A stretch of DNA of 32,000 nucleotides from Alkalilimnicola ehrlichii MLHE-1 (GTDB lineage Bacteria > Pseudomonadota > Gammaproteobacteria > Nitrococcales > Halorhodospiraceae), in contig NC_008340.1 in the NCBI RefSeq assembly GCF_000014785.1, positions 870,001 to 902,000 on the forward strand, written 5' to 3'. This document shows, piece after piece, positions 23,186-32,000 of the stretch (positions are counted from its first letter, which is position 1; each line of letters opens with the position of its first letter). A model generated the notes under the pieces. It ran no database searches. It saw nothing but the letters and a program-made list of their open reading frames with translations, and was not told where the DNA came from. The position numbers and the translations under genes are program-made.

Positions 23186-25351
23186 ATGTCCCAATACGAA
23201 CACCGCCCGACGTCTTCGGACCGTGATGACGAGATCGAGATCGGCCGTCTGGTCGAGATCCTGCTGAACGGCAAATGGATCATTGCCGGTCTCAGTGCAT
23301 TGGGGCTGGCCCTGGGCGGGTTCTATGCCTACACCAGCACACCGGTCTACAGCGGCGACATGCTGCTGCAGGTGGAGAGTAAGCAGGCGACGCTACCGGG
23401 GCTGTCGGAGATGCTGGGCGGCGAACAGCAGGTGCCCACCAGTGCGGAGGTGGAGCTGCTGCGATCGCGCATGGTGGTGGGTTCGGTGGTGGACCAACTG
23501 GACCTGGCCGTGCAGGCTCGGCCCTTGCCGACGGACTGGCGCGAGGCGGTGCTGGGTGTGAGCAACCCCCGGCGCCACATTGAGGTGGGCCGCTTCGAGG
23601 TCTCGCCGGCCCTGGAGGGCCAGACGTTCATCGTCCGTGTGCTGGGCGAGGGGCAGTTCGCCCTGCTTGAGGACGACGGCGGGGCGGAACTGGCGCGCGG
23701 GCGGGTGGACGAGACCCTGGTGCTGGACAACCCGGACGGCAGCTCGCTTCAGCTCTTTGTCCACGTGCTCACCGGCGAGCCGGGCGACACCTTCGAGCTG
23801 GTGCGCCAGCCGCGGCTGCGCGCCATTCAGAACCTGCGCAACGGCTTGAACGTCAGTCAGCGCGGTGAGTCGGGGATCCTGGAGGTCACTTACGAGCACC
23901 CGGACCGCCAGCTTATCGAGGAGGTCCTCAACACCCTGGGTATGGTCTACGTGCGCCAGAACGTGGAGCGTCGGACCGAGGAGGCGGCCCGCAGCCTGGA
24001 GTTCCTGGAGGAGCAGCTGCCACAGTTGCAGGACCGACTGCAGCAGGCCGAGGATGCCTTCAACGCCTTCCGCCGCGAGCACCAGGCGGTGGATATGGAT
24101 GAGAACACCCGGGTGATGCTCAGCCAGTTGGTCGAGGTGGAGAGCGAACTCCAGGCCTTGCGCCTGGAGGAGAGCGAGAAGAGCCTGCGCTTTGGTCGCG
24201 AGCACCCGCAAATGCAGTCGCTGCGCCAACGGCGCCAATCGCTGGAGACCCTGCGTGCCGAGCTGGAGGAGGAGCTGGGGGAACTGCCGGAGCGCCAGCA
24301 GCAGTTGGTGCGCCTGCGCCGCGAGGTGGAGGTGAACACCCAGCTCTACACCAACCTGCTCAACACCGCCCAGGAGTTGCGGATCTCCCAGGCCGGCACG
24401 GTTGGCAATGCCCGCGTGGTGGATGACGCGGCCGTGGGCTTCAATCCAGTGGCGCCGCAGACCACCCTGATTATGGCGCTGAGCCTGCTCCTGGGCGGCA
24501 TGCTGGGGGTGGGCACCGTGTTCGGCCGCGAGATGCTCCGTCGCGGGGTCGAAGACCCGGACGCCCTGGAACTGGAGGTGGGCATCCCGGTCTACGCCGT
24601 GGCGCCCCACAGCCCGGCGGCCCTGCAGCTCGAGAAGAAGGGCCGTCGACAGCGGACCCAGGTGCCGCTGCTGGCGGAGAAAAACAGCCAGGACCCGCTG
24701 GTGGAGAGCCTGCGCAGTCTGCGCACCAGCCTGAACTTCGCTCTGCTTAACAACGCCCGTAACGTCCTGGCCCTGACCAGTACCGGCCCGGGGGAGGGCA
24801 AGACCACCCTGTCCGTCAACTTGGCGGCGGTCCTGGCCCAGAGCGGCCAGCGGGTGCTGCTCATCGATACCGACATGCGCCGGGGCCATCTGCATATCTT
24901 TCTGCAGAACCGGCGGCGCGAGCCGGGCCTGTCCGGGGTGCTGGCCGGGCAGGCCACACTGGAGGAGGCGGTCTCACGCATCAGGGAGAATCTCGACGTG
25001 CTGCCCGCCGGCACCTTCCCGCCGAACCCCTCGGAGCTGCTGATGCAGGAGGGATTCGGCCGGCTGATCGAGGAGCAGCGCCAGCGCTATGACCTGGTGA
25101 TCCTGGACACCGCGCCAGTGATGCCGGTCACCGACGGCGTCCTGGCGGCCGCCCACGCCGGGCCGGTGTTCCTGGTGGCCCGGGCGGGCTATGTGACCAC
25201 CCGCGCGGTGCAAAGCACCATCTGGCGGCTGGAGAAGAACCAGATCGACACCACCGGGCTCGTGGTCAACGACCTCAACCCGAAACGGAGTGGGCGCTCG
25301 AGCGATTACTACTATTATCAGTACCAGTACAAGGCGCGGGCCAAGGACTGA
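23186..25351 (+). CDS. wzc: Tyrosine autokinase / polysaccharide co-polymerase (PCP-2a)
   Basis: N-terminal TM and Wzz domain, a long coiled coil, a second TM. BY-kinase Walker A TSTGPGEGKTT, A' LLIDTDMRR, Walker B LVILDTAP. C-terminal Tyr cluster SSDYYYYQYQYK. Confidence 0.9.
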   Translation: MSQYEHRPTSSDRDDEIEIGRLVEILLNGKWIIAGLSALGLALGGFYAYTSTPVYSGDMLLQVESKQATLPGLSEMLGGEQQVPTSAEVELLRSRMVVGSVVDQLDLAVQARPLPTDWREAVLGVSNPRRHIEVGRFEVSPALEGQTFIVRVLGEGQFALLEDDGGAELARGRVDETLVLDNPDGSSLQLFVHVLTGEPGDTFELVRQPRLRAIQNLRNGLNVSQRGESGILEVTYEHPDRQLIEEVLNTLGMVYVRQNVERRTEEAARSLEFLEEQLPQLQDRLQQAEDAFNAFRREHQAVDMDENTRVMLSQLVEVESELQALRLEESEKSLRFGREHPQMQSLRQRRQSLETLRAELEEELGELPERQQQLVRLRREVEVNTQLYTNLLNTAQELRISQAGTVGNARVVDDAAVGFNPVAPQTTLIMALSLLLGGMLGVGTVFGREMLRRGVEDPDALELEVGIPVYAVAPHSPAALQLEKKGRRQRTQVPLLAEKNSQDPLVESLRSLRTSLNFALLNNARNVLALTSTGPGEGKTTLSVNLAAVLAQSGQRVLLIDTDMRRGHLHIFLQNRRREPGLSGVLAGQATLEEAVSRIRENLDVLPAGTFPPNPSELLMQEGFGRLIEEQRQRYDLVILDTAPVMPVTDGVLAAAHAGPVFLVARAGYVTTRAVQSTIWRLEKNQIDTTGLVVNDLNPKRSGRSSDYYYYQYQYKARAKD

Positions 25352-27281
25352 TCGCCGGCGACGGCTTGGCCGCCGCCACTGCCAATCGCCGGCCCAGCAC
25401 GTCGTTGCACGGGCCGGGGGCCTCATAGCCCTCCACCGCCCCGGCCAGCAACTGGCGGGCGGCCTCACAATCGAACCGGGCTGCGGCCCGGCGCAGATCC
25501 TCCAGCAGGCGCTGCAGGCCATCCGCGGGTAGCCGCGCCTCGCTGGCCCGGCAGATCATGGGGTGGTCGGTGCCGGTCACCGCCTCGCCCAGCAGCAATT
25601 CCTCATAGAGCTTCTCGCCCGGGCGCAGGCCGGTGTAACGGATCTCGATATCGCCCGCCGGGCGCGCCTCGTCGCGCACCGTCAGCCCGGACAGCCGGAT
25701 CATCCGCCGGGCGAGGTCGTCGATCCGGACCGGCTCGCCCATGTCCAGCACAAACACCTCGCCGCCCCGCGCCATGGCGCCGGCCTGGATCACCAGGGAG
25801 GCGGCCTCGGGGATGGTCATGAAGTAGCGGGTGACCTCGGGATGGGTGACCGTGACCGGACCGCCCTTGCGAATCTGTTCGCGGAACAGCGGCACGACTG
25901 AGCCGGACGAGCCGAGGACATTGCCGAAGCGGACCATGGAGAACACCGTGGGGACACCTTGCCGGCGGGCCAGGTCCTGAACCACCTGTTCCGCCATCCG
26001 CTTGCTCGCGCCCATGACATTGGTGGGGCGCACCGCCTTGTCGGTACTGATCAGCACGAAGTGGGGGACGCCGGCGGCGGCCGCGGCCTCCGCCGTGCGC
26101 AGGGTGCCGAAGACGTTGTTATGGATGCCCTGCAGGCTGTTCGCCTCGACCAGTGGTACGTGCTTGTAGGCGGCGGCGTGGTAGACGCTGTGGATGGCGA
26201 AGGCGCTCATCAGCGCCTGCATGCGCTCGCCGTCGGTCACATCCCCGAGCACCGGGTGCAGCTCCGGTTGGTGCGCCTGACCCTCCATCTGGTAGCGGAG
26301 CTCCTTCTCAATGGCGTAGAGCGCGAACTCACTGCGCTCCACCAGGACCAGTCGCCGTGGCCGCAGGCGGAGGATCTGCCGGCAGAGCTCAGAGCCAATG
26401 GAGCCGCCGGCCCCGGTCACCATGACTGCATGACCGGCGATACAGCGCCGCAGCAGTTCCGGCCGCGGGGCCACCGCATCCCGGCCCAGCAGGTCCTCCA
26501 CCTCCACCTCGCGCACGTCCTCCATGCCGGCGCGTCGGGTGACCAGATCGGACAGCGGCGGGATGGTGAGGATGTGCACGTTGAGGGGCTCCAGCCGCTC
26601 GACGATGCGGCGTCGCTCCGGCCGGGCCAGTCGGGCCATGGCCAGCAGCACGTAGGCAACCCGCTCACGGTCGATCAATGCCGGCAGGCGTTGCGGAGGA
26701 TGCACGCTGACTCCCTGGATGATGGTGCCCTGCTTGCGCGGGTCATCGTCGACAAAGGCCACCGGGCGGTAATGGGTATTGCCGATCAGGCTGCTCGCCA
26801 GCTCGATGCCGCAGTTGCCGGCCCCGTAGATCACCACCGGCTGCCGGTGGCGATCTCCCTCTCCGTTGGCCGCGCGCCGGAACCAGCCTCGCACCACGAT
26901 GCGCAGGCCGCCAACGGCACACAGGCTGAGCAGGGCGAAATTGAGGACAACCGGAAGGCTGAGTGTCCATTGCGGCATTACCGAAATGATTACGGTCAGG
27001 GCGAGGGTGGAGGCCATCACCCCCTTGGTGATGGTGGCCAGGGCGTGGGCACCCATCCATCGGACCACGGCGCGATAAAGACCGAAGAGTGCGAACAGGG
27101 GGATGGCCACGATGGGCACCAGCGCATACAACGCCCACAGGGTGGGATCAAAACTGGCCGGGCCGACCCCCGCGTGAAGGACCAGAGCGGCCCAAAGGGC
27201 CAGGACCACTACAGCAGCGTCGGCCAGGACCATCAGCCCCTGCTTTACGGGGCGCGGAAGACCTGCAAGATAATGGTGCAT
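25275..27281 (-). CDS. CapD/WbpM/PglF-family membrane-anchored nucleotide-sugar 4,6-dehydratase, paralog 1
   Basis: 4-5 N-terminal TM helices, then Rossmann motifs VIYGAGNCG and VMVTGAGGSIGSEL, and the SDR catalytic region (STDKAV...YKHV upstream). The first ATG (27281, MHHYLAGLPRPVK) aligns with the start of paralog 2. The ORF-track start at 27314 is a TTG. Confidence 0.85.
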   Translation of the reverse strand: MHHYLAGLPRPVKQGLMVLADAAVVVLALWAALVLHAGVGPASFDPTLWALYALVPIVAIPLFALFGLYRAVVRWMGAHALATITKGVMASTLALTVIISVMPQWTLSLPVVLNFALLSLCAVGGLRIVVRGWFRRAANGEGDRHRQPVVIYGAGNCGIELASSLIGNTHYRPVAFVDDDPRKQGTIIQGVSVHPPQRLPALIDRERVAYVLLAMARLARPERRRIVERLEPLNVHILTIPPLSDLVTRRAGMEDVREVEVEDLLGRDAVAPRPELLRRCIAGHAVMVTGAGGSIGSELCRQILRLRPRRLVLVERSEFALYAIEKELRYQMEGQAHQPELHPVLGDVTDGERMQALMSAFAIHSVYHAAAYKHVPLVEANSLQGIHNNVFGTLRTAEAAAAAGVPHFVLISTDKAVRPTNVMGASKRMAEQVVQDLARRQGVPTVFSMVRFGNVLGSSGSVVPLFREQIRKGGPVTVTHPEVTRYFMTIPEAASLVIQAGAMARGGEVFVLDMGEPVRIDDLARRMIRLSGLTVRDEARPAGDIEIRYTGLRPGEKLYEELLLGEAVTGTDHPMICRASEARLPADGLQRLLEDLRRAAARFDCEAARQLLAGAVEGYEAPGPCNDVLGRRLAVAAAKPSPAISPWPAPCTGTDNSSNRSSAHSVSG

Positions 27282-27531
27282 AATAGCCTGAAAAATCCAT
27301 TTTATATTTTTCAATCAGGCCGGTAATTCGGGCCTGGGCGGGCGCTATTATGTAGTCAAGCTGACAGCTTGCCGCACCGCAATAGTTAAATAGGTCTATT
27401 CGGTTATCAGTAATGGGAAGCCTTAAGGAAAGGGTGAGCCGCTTTTATTATGACGGCCGAACGCTTTCCCCGTCAGCGCCAGAGCTGAAACCTTCCTCTG
27501 TAATCACGAGGGCCGCCAACCCTCTCCCCCC

Positions 27532-27636
27532 TCATCGCGAGGGCCGCAGGCCCGTGGCGATCCAGGGCGGTAGACTGCCACGTCGGCTTCGCCTCCTCGC
27601 AGTGACGGTGGGGGCGGGGCCGCGCTCGCAGTGAGG
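27532..27636. repeat. REP/MITE-like structured repeat, copy 1
   Basis: About 105 bp. TCATCGCGAGGGCCGCAGGCCCGTGGCGATCCAGGGCGGTAGACTGCCACGTCGGCTTCGCCTCCTCGCAGTGACGGTGGGGGCGGGG... Internal inverted repeats: CATCGCGAGG/CCTCGCAGTGACG, GCCGnAGGC, CGTGGC/GCCACG. Confidence 0.8.
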
Positions 27637-27696
27637 GTAGGGGGCGCCCGCAGCGTCTGGCCATGTTCATCAAGAGGGCCGAAGGCCACCCCACCG

Positions 27697-27800
27697 TCAT
27701 CGCGAGGGCCGAAGGCCCGTGGCGATCCAGGGCGGTAGACTGCCACGTCGCTTCGCTCCTCGCAGTGACGGTGGGGGCGGGTCCACGCTCGCAGTGATGG
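27697..27800. repeat. REP/MITE-like structured repeat, copy 2
   Basis: Same unit as 27532-27636 with a few substitutions and indels. Half-units occur at 27501-27521 and 27668-27690. Tail sub-repeats GCGCTGGCA(A/G)T(A/G)AGGGTGGGGG lie at 27808-27860. Confidence 0.8.
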
Positions 27801-27884
27801 TGGGGGGCTGCGCTGGCAATAAGGGTGGGGGGCTGCGCTGGCAGTGAGGGTGGGGGCAGGCCTGCGTCCGCCGTGACGGGGGAG

Positions 27885-29915
27885 TCAGCGTTTAGCCAAT
27901 GGGGCTTCTGATTGGGGGGCGCTTATTGGCGTGGTGCCACGCTGGTAGGCCCGGCGGATGGGGCAGGGGCCTTCGCCGTCCCTGAACAGGCCTCGGGCGA
28001 CGGCGTCGGCCGACTCGTTCAGCTGCCGCCCGAGCACGTCGCAGTTGGGTCCGGCGGCCTCGTAACCCTCCACCACCTGGGCCATCAGCTTGCGGGCGTC
28101 CTGGGTGTTGTAGCGCCGGCAGGCCGCGCGCAGCTCGCTTAGCAGGCTTTGCAGGGTATCGGTGGGCAAGTGCCCCTCGCGGGCGCGCATGATCATGGGG
28201 TGGCTGGTCTCGGTGACCGCCTCACCCAGCAGCAGCTCCTCATACAACTTCTCGCCGGGGCGCAGGCCGGTGAAATGGATCTCGATGTCGCCATCGGGGT
28301 GTTCCGCGTTTCGCTCCTCGAGACCGGACAGACGGATCATGCGCCGGGCCAGGTCGACGATGCGCACCGGCTCGCCCATGTCCAGCACGAAGACCTCGCC
28401 GCCGTGGGCCATGGATCCCGCCTGCAGGACCAGCGAGGCGGCCTCGGGGATGGTCATGAAATAGCGGGTGACCTCGGGGTGGGTGACCGTGATCGGGCCG
28501 CCGTTGCGGATCTGCTCGCGGAACAGCGGCACCACCGAGCCGGAGGAGCCGAGCACATTACCGAAGCGGACCATGGAGAAGCGGGTGCGGATATCGGGCT
28601 GACGGGCCAACCCCTGCAGCACCAGTTCGGCCAGGCGCTTGCTCGCCCCCATGACATTGGTGGGGCGGACGGCCTTGTCGGTGCTCACTAGCACGAAGTA
28701 CCGGACCCCGGCCTCCACCGCCGCCAGGGCCGTGTGCAGGGTGCCGAAGACGTTGTTATCGATGCCCTCCAGCACGTTGGTCTCCACCAGCGGGACGTGC
28801 TTGTAGGCAGCGGCGTGATAGACCGTGTCGACGCGGAAGGCGTGCATCAGCATTTCCATGCGCGCCAGGTCGGTGACATTGGCCAGGACGGCCTGGACGG
28901 CGGGGCGCCGGGCCTCCCCCTGCAACTGAGCCTGGAGCTCGCGCTCGATGGCGTAGAGGGCGAACTCGGAGCGCTCGACCAACACCAGCTGAGTGGGCTG
29001 CTCGCGCAGGATCTGCCGGCAAAGCTCGGAGCCGATGGAGCCCCCGGCGCCGGTGACCATGACCGTCTTACCGCGGATGCAGCGGGCGAGCAGCTCCCGC
29101 CGCGGGCCCACGGCATCACGCCCGAGCAGGTCCTCCACCTCCACCTCCCGCACCTCGTCGGGACTGGCCCGGTTGGCCACGATGTCCGCCAGGCTGGGGA
29201 TGGTGAGGATGTGGGCGGGCAGCGGCTCCAACTGGGCGACGATCTCCCGGCGGCGGGTCCGCGACAGCCGCGGCATGGCCAGCAGGATATACTCCAGCCG
29301 GTTGCGGTCGATCAGTTCTGCCAGCTCGGCCGGTTTGCGCACGGGCAGCCCGGCGATCACCGTGCCCTGTTTTGCCGGGTTGTCATCCACGAAGGCCACC
29401 GGGCGGTACTGCCGGCCATTGAACAGGCTGGTGGCCAGGCCAATCCCCCCGGTCCCCGCGCCGTAGATGACCACCGGCTTCTCGGTCCCCCGGCGTTTGA
29501 TCGCCGCCTGGAACCAAGCGCGCACCACCAGGCGCGACCCGCCCACCATGAACAGCGCCAGCAGCCAGTAGATCAGCAGAGCGGAGCGGGGAATACCCTC
29601 CAGCCGGCCCAGCATAACCAGGGCGCCGAAGACCAGTGCGGACAGGGTCACCCCCTGCACCACCGCAATGATCGCCTGCAGCCCCATGTAACGGACCACC
29701 GCGCGGTAAAGGCCGAACAGGGCGAAAACCGGCAGGCTGACCGCCGGCACGAGCAGCAGCAGCCACCCGTAGTCCAGCAGCACACCGGGGACGGGGGTCC
29801 CCAGGCGCAGGCTGAAGGCCGCCCACAGGGCCACGGGCAGCATGAGCGTGTCCGCCATGATCATGACGAACCGCTTCACCGGGCGTGGCAGATCGATGAG
29901 GAACGCTTTATTCAT
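27885..29915 (-). CDS. CapD/WbpM/PglF-family membrane-anchored nucleotide-sugar 4,6-dehydratase, paralog 2
   Basis: 676 aa, collinear with paralog 1. Long identical blocks, e.g. EVREVEVEDLLGRDAV, VMVTGAGGSIGSELCRQIL, LVLVERSEFALYAIE, FSMVRFGNVLGSSGSVVPLFREQIR, VTHPEVTRYFMTIPEAASLV. Confidence 0.9.
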   Translation of the reverse strand: MNKAFLIDLPRPVKRFVMIMADTLMLPVALWAAFSLRLGTPVPGVLLDYGWLLLLVPAVSLPVFALFGLYRAVVRYMGLQAIIAVVQGVTLSALVFGALVMLGRLEGIPRSALLIYWLLALFMVGGSRLVVRAWFQAAIKRRGTEKPVVIYGAGTGGIGLATSLFNGRQYRPVAFVDDNPAKQGTVIAGLPVRKPAELAELIDRNRLEYILLAMPRLSRTRRREIVAQLEPLPAHILTIPSLADIVANRASPDEVREVEVEDLLGRDAVGPRRELLARCIRGKTVMVTGAGGSIGSELCRQILREQPTQLVLVERSEFALYAIERELQAQLQGEARRPAVQAVLANVTDLARMEMLMHAFRVDTVYHAAAYKHVPLVETNVLEGIDNNVFGTLHTALAAVEAGVRYFVLVSTDKAVRPTNVMGASKRLAELVLQGLARQPDIRTRFSMVRFGNVLGSSGSVVPLFREQIRNGGPITVTHPEVTRYFMTIPEAASLVLQAGSMAHGGEVFVLDMGEPVRIVDLARRMIRLSGLEERNAEHPDGDIEIHFTGLRPGEKLYEELLLGEAVTETSHPMIMRAREGHLPTDTLQSLLSELRAACRRYNTQDARKLMAQVVEGYEAAGPNCDVLGRQLNESADAVARGLFRDGEGPCPIRRAYQRGTTPISAPQSEAPLAKR

Positions 29916-30164
29916 TATTAATAAAAAGACGGAATGATGCTGCGATTCGTGCAGTGCAGCAGAATACCGCCATCTTAGGCCGATTGCCGGCGTTTGCCTA
30001 GACGCGACAACCCCTGTCCGGCAGAAAGGCAGGGGTGGCGGGGTCCGGGCGCGGGGGCGTGGCGGATGTGGTGTCGCGACAACACGACACTACCTGTCGC
30101 ATGGTGGCGTGTATCCTGCTATCTGATCCATTATTTGACGTTATTGTTGCCTTAGGAGGGTGAA

Positions 30165-32000
30165 TTGGCGACCCCAGCGCTGCAGCCCGGTTTCATGGTG
30201 GTCCACGGCAACCGCCTGGAGGACCTCCGCGCTCTGATCGTGGAGTGGATGCAGGCCTATCCACCGGCACCGTTGGAGACCGAAACCGTCTTGGTGCAGA
30301 GCAACGGCATGGCCCAGTGGCTCAGCCATGCCCTCGCGGCTCACCCGGAGTCGGAGGAGCCGGGTTGCGGGATCGCCGCCGGTCTGTCCATGCAGCTCCC
30401 GGCCCGTTTCACCTGGACCGCCTACCGCGAGGTGCTGGGGCACGAGGCGGTGCCCCCGGAGTCTCCCTTCGACAAGCGGCCGCTCACCTGGCGGCTGATG
30501 CGCCTGCTGCCGGAGCTCATCGATGAGCCCGGGTTCGAGCCGCTGCGGGGCTTCCTGGCCCGGGACGATGACCGGCGTAAGCGCCACCAACTGGCCGAGC
30601 GCCTGGCCGACCTGCTGGACCAGTACCAGGTCTACCGGGCCGACTGGCTGGTGGACTGGGCGCAGGGGCACGATCAATGCGCCGGCCCGGGCCGGGCGCC
30701 GCGCCCCCTGGATGCGCGCGAGCGATGGCAACCCCGGCTCTGGCGCGCCCTGCTGGCGGACATGGACGAGGCGGAGCGGGGGTTGAGCCGGGCCGCCATC
30801 CACGCCCGCTACCGGGAGGCGGTGCGCGAACTGGACCGGCGGCCGGCGGGACTCCCGCGCCGGCTCATCGTCTTCGGCATCTCTTCATTGCCCCACCAGG
30901 TGCTTGAGGCGCTGGAGGCCCTGGCCGACTTCACCCAGATCCTGGTCTGCGTTCACAACCCCTGCGAGCACTACTGGGCGGACATCGTTGCCGACAAGGA
31001 CCTGCTGCGCGCCCGTCGCCGCCGGCAGTCGCCCAAGCCGGGCATGCCCGAACGGCTGGACGATAGCGAGCTGCACAATCACGCTCAACCGCTGCTGGCG
31101 GCCTGGGGCAAGCAGGGCCGGGACTACATCCGCCTGCTGGACGAACATGATGATCCGGCGCACTATCGCCACCTGATTGAATCCCTCTCCTGGCAGCGCA
31201 TCGACCTCTTCCGACCCCACGGGGGCGACTGCCTGCTGCACCAACTGCAGGACGATATCCGCGAGCTCCGCCCGCTGGCCGAGACCCGGGCCGCCTGGCC
31301 GCCGGTGGCCGCCGATGACGCCTCGATCCAGTTCCACATCGCCCACAGCCCCCAGCGCGAGGTGGAGATCCTCCACGACCGGCTGCTGGGGCGGTTCAAT
31401 GACGCCTCACGCCCCACCCTCCGGCCGCGCGATGTCATCGTGATGGTCCCGGACATCGACCGCTACGCCCCCCACATTCAGGCGGTCTTCGGCCAGACCG
31501 AGCCGGGCGACCCGCGCCATATCCCCTATACCCTCTCCGACCAGGGCCGACGCGGTCGCGACACCGTTCTTATCGCCCTGGAGCAACTGCTGCATCTGCC
31601 GGAGAGCCGCTGCGCGGTCAGCGAGCTGCTGGACCTGCTGGACGTACCCGCCCTTCGGCGCCGCTTTGGTCTGGAGGAGGGAGACCTGCAGCGGCTCCAC
31701 CGCTGGGCCGAAGGGGCCGGAGTGCGCTGGGGCCTGGATGCCGAGCAGCGGGCGCACCTGGACCTGCCCGCCGGGCTTACGCTGCATACCTGGCGCTTTG
31801 GCCTGCGCCGGATGCTGCTCGGCTACGCCGTCGGCAGCGGCGAGGCCTGGCACGGGGTGGAGCCCTACGACGAGGTGGGCGGCCTGGACGCCGCCCTGCT
31901 GGGACCGCTGGAGCAGTTGCTCGCCACTCTGGAGGCCGCCTGGGCGCGGCTGCGTGAAGCGCATGCCCCGGCGGTCTGGGGCGAGCATCTGCGTTGGCTG
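30165..32000 (+). CDS. recC: Exodeoxyribonuclease V gamma subunit RecC, N-terminal ~610 aa (continues past the window end)
   Basis: Absent from the ORF track because there is no stop in the window. Hand translation of frame 3 gives (L/M)ATPALQPGFMVVHGNRLEDLRALIVEWM...ETVLVQSNGMAQWL...FDKRPLTWRLMRLLPEL...RKRHQLAERLADLLDQYQVYRADWL, collinear with the RecC N-terminus. TTG 30165 lies 5 nt after AGGAGGG; an alternative ATG is at 30195. Confidence 0.85.
   Translation, partial: MATPALQPGFMVVHGNRLEDLRALIVEWMQAYPPAPLETETVLVQSNGMAQWLSHALAAHPESEEPGCGIAAGLSMQLPARFTWTAYREVLGHEAVPPESPFDKRPLTWRLMRLLPELIDEPGFEPLRGFLARDDDRRKRHQLAERLADLLDQYQVYRADWLVDWAQGHDQCAGPGRAPRPLDARERWQPRLWRALLADMDEAERGLSRAAIHARYREAVRELDRRPAGLPRRLIVFGISSLPHQVLEALEALADFTQILVCVHNPCEHYWADIVADKDLLRARRRRQSPKPGMPERLDDSELHNHAQPLLAAWGKQGRDYIRLLDEHDDPAHYRHLIESLSWQRIDLFRPHGGDCLLHQLQDDIRELRPLAETRAAWPPVAADDASIQFHIAHSPQREVEILHDRLLGRFNDASRPTLRPRDVIVMVPDIDRYAPHIQAVFGQTEPGDPRHIPYTLSDQGRRGRDTVLIALEQLLHLPESRCAVSELLDLLDVPALRRRFGLEEGDLQRLHRWAEGAGVRWGLDAEQRAHLDLPAGLTLHTWRFGLRRMLLGYAVGSGEAWHGVEPYDEVGGLDAALLGPLEQLLATLEAAWARLREAHAPAVWGEHLRWL

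Noticed and set aside
21980-24895. Minus-strand ORFs 21980-23203 (407 aa) and 23393-24895 (500 aa)
   Set aside because: They are antisense to wza and wzc, whose sense frames carry the lipobox, Walker motifs and Tyr cluster.
27413-27746. Short ORFs across the intergenic repeats, and the possibility of a CRISPR array
   Set aside because: The ORFs are translations of the REP-like units. It is not a CRISPR array. There are only two ~105-bp full units plus fragments, the units are internally palindromic and far longer than CRISPR repeats, there are no regularly sized unique spacers and there are no cas genes.
25959-29921. Plus-strand ORFs 25959-27326 (455 aa) and 28734-29921 (395 aa)
   Set aside because: They are antisense to the two CapD/WbpM paralogs. 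Both are shadow ORFs.
30141-31988. Minus-strand ORFs 30141-30803, 30885-31376 and 31407-31988, plus short plus-strand off-frame ORFs
   Set aside because: Hand translation shows the real gene is recC in the plus frame with codon starts at positions divisible by 3. It is missing from the track only because it has no stop inside the window.

Overview
High-GC proteobacterial chromosomal window. The taxon cannot be fixed from sequence alone. All calls come from reading the sequence and ORF track by eye, and no searches were run.

Layout:
(1) 1-5502 (+): a co-directional, translationally coupled cluster. It holds the 3' end of a TonB-dependent receptor, a CcdA/DsbD_2-like permease, an exported TM-anchored DUF4198-like protein, a NapH/MauN-type membrane polyferredoxin, a single-subunit 2-hydroxyacyl-CoA-dehydratase-family protein (possibly double-cubane type) and its HgdC/BcrA-type ATPase activase.
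(2) 5534-8430 (-): korB/korA-type 2-oxoacid:ferredoxin oxidoreductase.
(3) 8702-17804: a ~9.0 kb integrative element in tRNA-Val(GAC), bounded by 107-bp direct repeats. It encodes a P4-type integrase, an AlpA-like protein plus a second small HTH protein, a PrimPol-PriCT-AAA_25 replicase, an iteron cluster, a terminase large subunit and an HK97-fold major capsid protein. It has no portal, protease or tail genes. It looks like a phage satellite that does not fit the known P4-like, PICI, cf-PICI, PLE or PICMI layouts, and it is my top candidate for something new.
(4) 17757-17833 (-): intact tRNA-Val with a near-consensus sigma70 promoter. Next to it is an unannotated 36-aa Leu/Gly-rich peptide gene with its own RBS and terminator.
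(5) 18561-25351 (+): a compact Wz-type polysaccharide export locus (TviB/WbpO-like dehydrogenase, wzi, wzb, wza, wzc) preceded by an ops/JUMPstart-like motif.
(6) 25275-29915 (-): two tandem CapD/WbpM-family paralogs separated by a structured REP-like repeat nest.
(7) 30165-32000 (+): the 5' part of recC.

The many long ORFs antisense to these genes are high-GC shadow ORFs and were rejected.
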